From positions 4,855-48,266 of the forward strand of contig CAYXLD010000002.1 of the NCBI GenBank assembly GCA_964465795.1: 43,412 nucleotides of DNA. Direction: 5' to 3'. A program made the translations under genes and the position numbers. Within the stretch, counting starts at the first letter, position 1. Each line of letters opens with the position of its first letter. The notes below the pieces were generated by a model. It was not told the origin of the DNA. It was given only the letters and a program-made list of their open reading frames with translations, and did not search any database. The stretch is from Candidatus Woesearchaeota archaeon. Its GTDB lineage: Archaea > Nanobdellota > Nanobdellia > Pacearchaeales > GW2011-AR1. Positions 36,770 through 43,412 of this stretch are shown here, one piece after another.

Positions 36770-38365
36770 TTACTCAATTCCTTCGAATTTTTCTCCAGGT
36801 TTATTTATATCTTTCTTGCTCATTAAAATATCGTCTATTCTTAAAATCATCATAGCTACTTCGGAAGCAGAAGTTATTGCTTGAGTTTTTACTTTCATTG
36901 GCTCTACAATTCCTGCTTTATGTGTGTCTTCAATTTCATTATTAAAAAGGTTTATGCCATGACTATAAAATCCTGCCTCATGTCTTTTTTTCAACTCAGT
37001 CATAATATCTACCGCGTCCAACCCGGCATTTTCAGCCAATGCTTCGGGAATTGACTCCAGTGCTGTTGCGAATTCCTCAACTGCTAATTGCTCTCTTCCA
37101 CTAAGAGTTTTGGCGAATATCTTCAATCTTCTTGACAACTCAATTTCAACAGCGCCTCCGCCTGCAACGATTTTTCCATTTTTTATTGCTGCTGAGACAT
37201 CTCCAAGCCCGTCTTTAACAGCCCTTTCAATCTCATCTATAACATGGCTGGTTCCTCCCCTTAATACAATGGTAACTGCCTTCGGATTTATACAGCCTCT
37301 GATATATGTTGCACTTTCTTCCCCTACTTTTATTTCTTCAACTGTTTCAGCCTTTCCTAATTGTTCTGAATTCAAATCTGATAAGTTAGATATTATCTTT
37401 GCTCCTGTTGCTCTAGCTAATTTTTTCATTTCATCTTTTGAGACTCTTCTGCATGCAAATATTCCTGCTTTGGCAAAATAATACTGTGCGACATCATCTA
37501 TTCCCTTTTGGCAGAATACAACGTTTGCACTACTCTCAACAATTCTTTCAGTCATGCCCTTCAAATATTTCTCTTCAGATTCTATAAAGCTCTGCAATTC
37601 CTCTGGCGTTGAAACTGATATCTTTGCTTCTCTTTCAGGGTTTCTAAGCTCTAATGGAATATCAGCTAGCATTATTCTTGCATTTAAAATCTTTTGAGGC
37701 ATATCAGGATTTGCCCTATTTTTATCAGATACAATTCCTCTAACCAATTCGCTATCATTGATAGAGCCACCTTTTATTTTTTCTATTTTTATGTTATCTA
37801 GATCAATATTTTTCCCATTGGCTATTTGTTCTACTGCACTTACAACCAAAGAAGAAAGCAGTTCTTTATTTCCTTCTGCACCTTTCCCCGTCATAGCTGT
37901 TTGGGCTATTTGTTCAAGCATAATTTTGCTTTCTAAGGAGTTGGATATCTCGTTTAAGATGTTGATTGCCTTATCAACTGCCATTGCATAACCTTTTATT
38001 ATTATTGTGGGGTGTATGTTTCTATCAAGCAATTTTTCAGCACGTTCAAGCAATTTTCCAGCCAATAATGCTACTGTAGTTGTACCGTCTCCAACTTCTG
38101 CTTCCTGTGTTTTTGCAATCTCAACTAGCATTTTAGCAGCAGGATGATTAATCTCCATTTCCTCTAGAATTGTAACTCCATCATTAGTAACTATAATATT
38201 TCCTTCTGTATCAACAATCATTTTATCCATTCCTTTTGGCCCTAAAGTTGTTTTGACAATTTCTGCAATGACTTTTGCAGCCATAATATTATTTCTTTGT
38301 GCTTCTTTTCCCAAGGTTCTTGAAACATTATCAGGAATAACGTAAACAGGCTGTTTCTCACTCAT
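36770..38365 (-). CDS. ths: Thermosome subunit (group II chaperonin)
   Basis: [15 protein letters not shown] and VAGGGAVE signatures, with full-length collinearity to the Cpn60/TCP-1 family. Confidence 0.95.
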   Translation of the reverse strand: MSEKQPVYVIPDNVSRTLGKEAQRNNIMAAKVIAEIVKTTLGPKGMDKMIVDTEGNIIVTNDGVTILEEMEINHPAAKMLVEIAKTQEAEVGDGTTTVALLAGKLLERAEKLLDRNIHPTIIIKGYAMAVDKAINILNEISNSLESKIMLEQIAQTAMTGKGAEGNKELLSSLVVSAVEQIANGKNIDLDNIKIEKIKGGSINDSELVRGIVSDKNRANPDMPQKILNARIMLADIPLELRNPEREAKISVSTPEELQSFIESEEKYLKGMTERIVESSANVVFCQKGIDDVAQYYFAKAGIFACRRVSKDEMKKLARATGAKIISNLSDLNSEQLGKAETVEEIKVGEESATYIRGCINPKAVTIVLRGGTSHVIDEIERAVKDGLGDVSAAIKNGKIVAGGGAVEIELSRRLKIFAKTLSGREQLAVEEFATALESIPEALAENAGLDAVDIMTELKKRHEAGFYSHGINLFNNEIEDTHKAGIVEPMKVKTQAITSASEVAMMILRIDDILMSKKDINKPGEKFEGIE

Positions 38366-38469
38366 ATATCTCAGAAATTTCGCTATTTTTAAGGATATAT
38401 GTGGTAAGGATTTATTTTTATAGTTAAAAATTATACAAATACTTATAATCTTTTAAATATAAAAAATCT

Positions 38470-39024
38470 ATGGCCAGGATCTCGGTTGGAGATATAATGA
38501 CTCGTAATTTTGTTTCGATAAACCCAAAAGCAACCATTCTTGAATGCGCAAAAGAAATTGTTAAAAATAGAATAAATAATCTTCCCTTGGTGCATGAAAA
38601 AAAGTTAGTGGGCATTATTAATGCAAGAGATATACTCTGGGCAATTACGAAAAAACCGAATTTAGATCTAAATAAAGTCAGGGCTGCAGATATAGCAATA
38701 AAGAAAGTAGCTGTAATAAAACCTTCCGCAGACATTCATCAAGCAATGAAAAAGATGAGGGAGCTAAATTTTAGAACACTCCCTGTTTTATCCATGGGCA
38801 GGATTATAGGAGTTATTACACTAAAGGATATATTGAGAATTGAACCAGAATTGTATCCTAAAATTGGAGAATTGGCTGAAATTAAGGAGGAAGAAAGAAA
38901 AATAAGGGAAGCCAATGTTGAATGGCCATTAGAGGGATTCTGCGATATATGCGGTGCTTTTTCCAATCTTTTAAAAGTTGATTCTGAACTGTTATGCCCT
39001 GATTGTTGCGAGGAAATGCATTGA
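38470..39024 (+). CDS. CBS-domain pair protein with C-terminal zinc ribbon
   Basis: Two CBS repeats (GDIMTRNFVSINP..., AADIAIKKVAVIKP...) and CDICG...CPDCC at the C-terminus. Confidence 0.8.
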   Translation: MARISVGDIMTRNFVSINPKATILECAKEIVKNRINNLPLVHEKKLVGIINARDILWAITKKPNLDLNKVRAADIAIKKVAVIKPSADIHQAMKKMRELNFRTLPVLSMGRIIGVITLKDILRIEPELYPKIGELAEIKEEERKIREANVEWPLEGFCDICGAFSNLLKVDSELLCPDCCEEMH

Positions 39025-39092
39025 TCATTTATAAAATAAAAAATAAGATGGCCATAACGGCCTAAAAAATAACATAAACGAGGCCAATTTAA

Positions 39093-39212
39093 TTAATAGT
39101 CTTTATCAGACTCTTCTTCTTCCTCGTCTTCGTCTTCTTCATCCTCTTCATCTTCATCGAGGTCATCTTCAGACTTGTCTTCGTCTTCTTCCGTCTCTTG
39201 TTTCTTTGTCAT
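39093..39212 (-). CDS. Possible hyperacidic 39-aa micro-protein
   Basis: ATG at 39212 (minus strand) to TAA at 39093-39095 encodes MTKKQETEEDEDKSEDDLDEDEEDEEDEDEEEESDKDY. It is below the ORF-track length cutoff. There is no homology evidence. Confidence 0.3.
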   Translation of the reverse strand: MTKKQETEEDEDKSEDDLDEDEEDEEDEDEEEEESDKDY

Positions 39213-39351
39213 TTTTAATAATTACAGAAAATTTTTACTTTCTGTATCAAAAAATAAACTATATCATTTTTAAATATTTACTTTTTTAAATTTATACATT
39301 ATTTTCAATTTATCTAGAATAATTTAAATAAGTTAAAGCTTCTATTAAGCA

Positions 39352-39807
39352 ATGAGAAATAAAAAATTATTATTTTACTTATTGATCTGCTTATTATTAA
39401 TTATGGCCTTTATTATTTATTTATCAGATAATCCAAATTATACTGGAAATATTATCAATTGGATTTTCATAGATAATTCATTAATGGAAGATTACACTAA
39501 TTTGTTTAATGATACTTTGGTTGAGTTTAATCAGTGCATTATTAAATGCCCTGAAATCCCCTTTGCCAAAAATTTTATTGCAGAAGACTGTATTTTAAGA
39601 TGTGATGAAATAAGAAATAACTCTATGAATATTGGATTAATGGAACTAACTGCTAACTATTCAGAGGAAGAAATTGATCATTATATTAATTCAGATAAAG
39701 CAGTATCTTTGGAATTAAAATTAAATACTTTTTCTGAATGTTTTAATTCCTGCGGGTATATTTTTCTGAATCAACCTTGTGTAAACGAGTGTTTGCCTAT
39801 TATTTAA
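39352..39807 (+). CDS. Hypothetical Cys-rich secreted/membrane-anchored protein
   Basis: N-terminal TM helix, plus 8 Cys in CxxxC/CxxxC-like spacing (CIIKC, CILRC, CFNSC, CVNEC). Confidence 0.4.
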   Translation: MRNKKLLFYLLICLLLIMAFIIYLSDNPNYTGNIINWIFIDNSLMEDYTNLFNDTLVEFNQCIIKCPEIPFAKNFIAEDCILRCDEIRNNSMNIGLMELTANYSEEEIDHYINSDKAVSLELKLNTFSECFNSCGYIFLNQPCVNECLPII

Positions 39808-39818
39808 TCTAATATTGA

Positions 39819-39971
39819 TCCCCCCACCCAGAATCGAACTGGGGTGCCCCGGGTTCTGCTGAACCTAATGCTCTAGCGAACATATGCTTCTCACACTTCA
39901 TTCAAAACCTCTATTGGTCTGTCTGTGCCAAGTATCTACAGCCGAGTGCTCTACCATTGAGCTATGGGGAG
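39819..39971 (-). tRNA. tRNA-Tyr (anticodon GUA) with an ~82-nt intron at the canonical 37/38 position
   Basis: On the reverse complement: acceptor CTCCCCA/TGGGGGG (C1:G72, the archaeal/eukaryal Tyr identity pair), D arm GCTC-AATGGTA-GAGC. The anticodon stem CTCGG, then CTGTAG, is interrupted, then C-CCGGG. T arm CCCAG-TTCGATT-CTGGG, discriminator A. Confidence 0.75.
39854..39935 (-). other. tRNA-Tyr intron (approximate boundaries)
   Basis: A 4-bp helix CTGT/GCAG is flanked by 3-nt bulges AG^A and AA^C on opposite strands, consistent with a (relaxed) bulge-helix-bulge motif. I could not draw the inner helix convincingly. Confidence 0.55.
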
Positions 39972-40025
39972 ATATTAAACTCAAATTTATGAGATATTTA
40001 AAGCTTTTTAACAAATGAGAAATAC

Positions 40026-40406
40026 TTACAGTCTTTTTTCTATTTTCCTATAATAATTTTTAACAATAGAGTAAAGTCTCCCTAAAAACTCTGAATTAGA
40101 ACTTGATTCTGCCCTTGATAAGATTAAGCTATTGTTTCTTGCATCTATTCTCTCTATTTTATGTATTGGGCTTTCTCTACTACCTGGAGAAAATAAGTGT
40201 ATATCACAGTCAATAAAATAATAAGTATTTTCAAATAATGCAAGAAAATACTTCTCTCCTACTCTAACTACATCTAATTTTTTGTCCTTTAAATCCTCCA
40301 ATACAATATCTAAATCTTCACTATAGCAATATCTTTCATTAACTAAATCATCTAAAAACCCTTTTCTTTCATAAGTTAAGCCCCGCGTCCTGAACACCCG
40401 TCTCAA
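40026..40406 (-). CDS. Hypothetical cytoplasmic protein
   Basis: 126-aa ORF whose start overlaps the stop of the upstream gene by 4 nt (ATGA), which suggests translational coupling. Confidence 0.4.
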   Translation of the reverse strand: MRRVFRTRGLTYERKGFLDDLVNERYCYSEDLDIVLEDLKDKKLDVVRVGEKYFLALFENTYYFIDCDIHLFSPGSRESPIHKIERIDARNNSLILSRAESSSNSEFLGRLYSIVKNYYRKIEKRL

Positions 40407-41791
40407 TCCTCGCTTGTTTCTGTAACAAAATATGCCTTATTTGACACAACTTCAAACTGTTTCCCATCTTTTTCAAATATCGCTAATGCCGAAGGAAGTT
40501 CGAATCTTCCCATTGCTCTGACTTTTGAATATATAATATATGAGAAGATTCTTTCTTCGCCCTTATTTAGTCTTTGAATATTCCAAAATATTCTTTTTGA
40601 AGCTTCATCTATTCTATCTGGTTGTCTTCCATACTTTTCATATAACTTTGTCATTGTGGGCAACCTATCAATAATCTGAATATTATCAACATGTTTTCTA
40701 GATTTAATATTTATTATTACTTTTAAGGCAAATTCTCCCCCTTTAGTCTTTACATATGAAACTCTTTTATTTAGCGCTAATGGTGTGATAGAATATATTT
40801 TAACTAAAAATCCTACAATAGCGATTAATATAATTATCATAAATGGGAATGTGTAATTGGTTGCGGAGGAGATTGTGAAAGACTCATTTGGCCCAATATC
40901 CCGCGCCCATGAATATTTGACCGACAGTCCGCTTCTTTCATGATTAATCGGCTCGATAGAAAATGATGTGAAGAGCCTAGAAAATACGTCCTTTTTAATT
41001 TCTATATCTGCTGTTATAGGCGTATTTCCTTTATTTGTTTTTGTTATGCTTAAATGTCTTATAATTAAACCAGAGGATTTTTTTACTACTGATACACCTT
41101 CTTTTTTAAGGTAAAATATATTGGCTTTGAAATTGACATGTGCTTCTTCCACATCAACAGATATTTTCATAGGATATTGTCCTGCCATCAGCCTCGAGGT
41201 TTTATCCAGCTCAATATCAATATCAATAATACTTTCTTCAAAAGGCAATAAATTTACGATCTTTTCTGAATTGAAAAAAGATGAAGAGAATTTAAGATTT
41301 ACATTCTCTAAATTGGTATTAACATTATTTTTTACTGCAATAAATGCTTTTGATTCTCCTGGGGCAATATCTAGATCATTAATACTTATTGCATCTTCTA
41401 ATGAAACAACTCTGAATGCTAGTTTATCCTTAAAAATACCGCTTTGCAAGCCTCTTATTTGGTACTCGAAATTATAGATACCATTGACCTTTCTGAAATC
41501 TTCTCCAGGATATGCTTTTACTTCCACTATCGAAGTACCTGAAGGAATTAGAAATGTTCCCTTTGGACTCATAGAGACCCCAACCAAACTATATATTTCT
41601 GCCATTTCTGCTACTCCATTATTGGTTATCTCAAAATCATAAACGGCAGGATTATTTAATTCAGAGATAATTACTGCGCCCTTGTCAATTTTTTCAATAT
41701 TTAAATTAAATTCCGCAGATGATAAAGATGTTAGAATAGTTAGAAAGACTAATATGAAACATATGTATTTTTTTATCATCACATAAAACAC
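40403..41791 (-). CDS. Hypothetical envelope protein: signal peptide, beta-rich (CARDB/NEW3-like) ectodomain, TM helix, ~110-aa cytoplasmic tail
   Basis: Signal ICFILVFLTILTSLSSA, TM helix FPFMIIILIAIVGFLVKIY. No catalytic motif recognised. Confidence 0.5.
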   Translation of the reverse strand: MFYVMIKKYICFILVFLTILTSLSSAEFNLNIEKIDKGAVIISELNNPAVYDFEITNNGVAEMAEIYSLVGVSMSPKGTFLIPSGTSIVEVKAYPGEDFRKVNGIYNFEYQIRGLQSGIFKDKLAFRVVSLEDAISINDLDIAPGESKAFIAVKNNVNTNLENVNLKFSSSFFNSEKIVNLLPFEESIIDIDIELDKTSRLMAGQYPMKISVDVEEAHVNFKANIFYLKKEGVSVVKKSSGLIIRHLSITKTNKGNTPITADIEIKKDVFSRLFTSFSIEPINHERSGLSVKYSWARDIGPNESFTISSATNYTFPFMIIILIAIVGFLVKIYSITPLALNKRVSYVKTKGGEFALKVIINIKSRKHVDNIQIIDRLPTMTKLYEKYGRQPDRIDEASKRIFWNIQRLNKGEERIFSYIIYSKVRAMGRFELPSALAIFEKDGKQFEVVSNKAYFVTETSED

Positions 41792-41830
41792 TTAATAATA
41801 ATTATATAAATATTTGTATTCTATAAAAAG

Positions 41831-42331
41831 TTATCTTCTGCCGCTCAATTCGAGAAGTGCTTTAACCTCTTCTTTTAGTGAAATTATGTCTTTTCTGATT
41901 GAATTTCTAGCATGTTCAACTCTTCCAGGAACTACATATTTAGTATAAATCTCTCTAATAAATTTATAAAATGCGTTTTGGTCCCACTTCCCTTCAGGAT
42001 CCATTATGAGCAACGATTTAATTTCCATGCTTATCTTGCCCTTATTCATTTTTTTTCTTTCGCCGTCTATTTCAACTTCCACATCAGTTAAATTTTTTAC
42101 TTCCATTTCAATTTCTCCATCAGCTTTAAAATAGTCACTCATTTCTTTGATAAAACTCCATTTAATCAATATATCCCGGGAATTTCCAGATATCTTCTCA
42201 GAATATTTCTCTTCAGTAACACCGTATCCTTCATCATATAACCAGCTGTGAGCAAATTTGTAAAAAGATTTAAAGTCAAATATACCAGAATGATCAATTT
42301 TCTCTTTTATCACTTCTTCTCTTTCTGGCAT
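41831..42331 (-). CDS. Hypothetical cytoplasmic protein
   Basis: 166-aa charged ORF. No motif recognised. Confidence 0.45.
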   Translation of the reverse strand: MPEREEVIKEKIDHSGIFDFKSFYKFAHSWLYDEGYGVTEEKYSEKISGNSRDILIKWSFIKEMSDYFKADGEIEMEVKNLTDVEVEIDGERKKMNKGKISMEIKSLLIMDPEGKWDQNAFYKFIREIYTKYVVPGRVEHARNSIRKDIISLKEEVKALLELSGRR

Positions 42332-42385
42332 GTTCCTTTACTCTTTAATCTATAGAATTTAAAGACGTATATAAATATTCCTCTT

Positions 42386-43315
42386 TCAACTAATACTCTC
42401 AAGCTTCAATCTTATTTTATTATTGTCTTTGCTTATTTCTTTCTCCTGCGATTTAATCTCGAAATAAATTTCTTCGAAATTTAAGGGCATCTTTAAATAT
42501 TTAACTTTTAAAACTTTTTTTGTCCCTATTTCCAACCTTTCTAATGTAAATAATTTTACTTCAATATTATCTGCATATATTATTAAACTAGAATTTGTTG
42601 AATCCTGTAATCCTAGGTTACCTATCGTTGCTTCAAAGTCCAAATATCTGCCTGTTTGACTAGCTCTAACTTTCTCAATTGCAAGATCTGGTGCTGATTC
42701 AATTTTATATATTTCATTGATATAATCTATTATATAATCATCAAGAACTTGATCGCATCCTGTTATCGGATACATGATACTTTTTTTATTTTCATTATGA
42801 TTGAATCCTAATGCATGGAGGATCTCATGAATCGCCACATTTGGATTATCACAATCTCCTGCACGCCTATATAAAGAAACTTTCCCTGAAAAAATTACAG
42901 CATATCTTGTAGTATTTATTATTTCTGAAGGTCCGCCTTCGCCAGCAATAAAATGTTTCTTTTCTTCAGGCTTAGGATCAATATTGGAGCACAAAATACT
43001 AATTTCCCCATTAGGCGTATTTTTAAATTTTAATATGGTCTTTTGTGATAGGAAATTAAATGCCCTTTCTATATCGTTTTTCTTTGAAGCGTTGCAGGAA
43101 CCAGATGTTGAATAAGATATAGTGCTGTTTTTGTAACGCATTCTTGGATAAAATTGTATATCTCCTGATATAGAATTTAGGAACTCGCCAGAATTATACT
43201 CATTTTGCTTTACAGATTGCCCTGGCAGTCCTGGGATGTTTATCCAAAGAAGACCTAATGTTATAAATAACACTGTTAATATTATAAATAATAATATTAA
43301 ATCTAATGCCCCCAT
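42386..43315 (-). CDS. Membrane-anchored matrixin-like (M10 metzincin) zinc protease with C-terminal CARDB-like domain
   Basis: HEILHALGFNH (HExxHxxGxxH) followed by the Met-turn SIMYP. YPRMRYKNSTISY resembles the matrixin N-terminal box. N-terminal TM anchor. C-terminal PDLAIEKV...IGNLG is a CARDB pattern. Confidence 0.75.
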   Translation of the reverse strand: MGALDLILLFIILTVLFITLGLLWINIPGLPGQSVKQNEYNSGEFLNSISGDIQFYPRMRYKNSTISYSTSGSCNASKKNDIERAFNFLSQKTILKFKNTPNGEISILCSNIDPKPEEKKHFIAGEGGPSEIINTTRYAVIFSGKVSLYRRAGDCDNPNVAIHEILHALGFNHNENKKSIMYPITGCDQVLDDYIIDYINEIYKIESAPDLAIEKVRASQTGRYLDFEATIGNLGLQDSTNSSLIIYADNIEVKLFTLERLEIGTKKVLKVKYLKMPLNFEEIYFEIKSQEKEISKDNNKIRLKLESIS

Positions 43316-43412
43316 ATTATTAAAATGAATACTGAGATTTATAAACTTATTTTGCCATAGACATTGTCCGGAGTTTGACTGAAAAATAGTTATTCTCGAG
43401 AAATTTAGGTAG

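Noticed and set aside
1-43412. A search for CRISPR arrays, rRNA genes, reverse transcriptase/DGR template-variable repeat pairs, and C/D-box sRNAs in intergenic spacers.
   Set aside because: I saw no regularly spaced direct repeats, no rRNA-like conserved blocks and no RT motif (YxDD). I saw no intergenic RUGAUGA...CUGA pairs either. Visual scanning cannot exclude short or degenerate elements.

Overview
The window is very AT-rich and almost certainly comes from a small-genome archaeon. DPANN-like (Woese-/Pacearchaeota-type) is my inference, not a demonstrated placement.

The archaeal assignment rests on:
- a group II chaperonin (thermosome);
- an archaeal-type ThrRS with the N-terminal editing domain;
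- an archaeal/eukaryal-type TrpRS;
- a Cdc48-type double AAA ATPase;
- a class III (pilin-like) signal peptide;
- a tRNA-Tyr with the C1:G72 pair and an ~82-nt intron at the canonical 37/38 position.

Housekeeping genes (thrS, trpS, thermosome, cdc48-hsp20 with a divergent wHTH regulator, three tRNAs) are interleaved with a large envelope and secreted repertoire:
- a Tyr/Gly-rich giant protein next to a pilin-like Cys-repeat protein;
- a 1287-aa beta-helix/carbohydrate-binding surface protein;
- a Tat-signal murein lytic transglycosylase;
- a membrane-anchored metzincin cluster;
- a DsbA-centred thiol-redox cluster;
- a pentameric ligand-gated channel next to a P-type ATPase;
- a receptor with a degenerate cyclase-like domain.

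The window also shows clear decay and mobility:
- a GT2 gene carries a homopolymer frameshift plus an in-frame TGA;
- the DsbA gene carries an in-frame TAA;
- a frameshifted IS66-like element with inverted repeats and an 11-bp flanking duplication sits between a promoter and its gene;
- there is a truncated integrase/transposase fragment;
- a 22-bp tRNA-Val fragment lies next to a G+C-richer foreign-looking gene.

No rRNA, CRISPR array or reverse transcriptase was seen.

My best candidates for a new system are:
- the host-interaction toolkit (the Tat-exported peptidoglycan lytic enzyme, and the pilin-like adhesin module at 2-4133);
- the uncharacterised four-gene metzincin cluster at 40026-43315;
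- the DsbA plus membrane-CxxC pair.

All functional calls come from motif recognition by eye. None has been confirmed by a database search.
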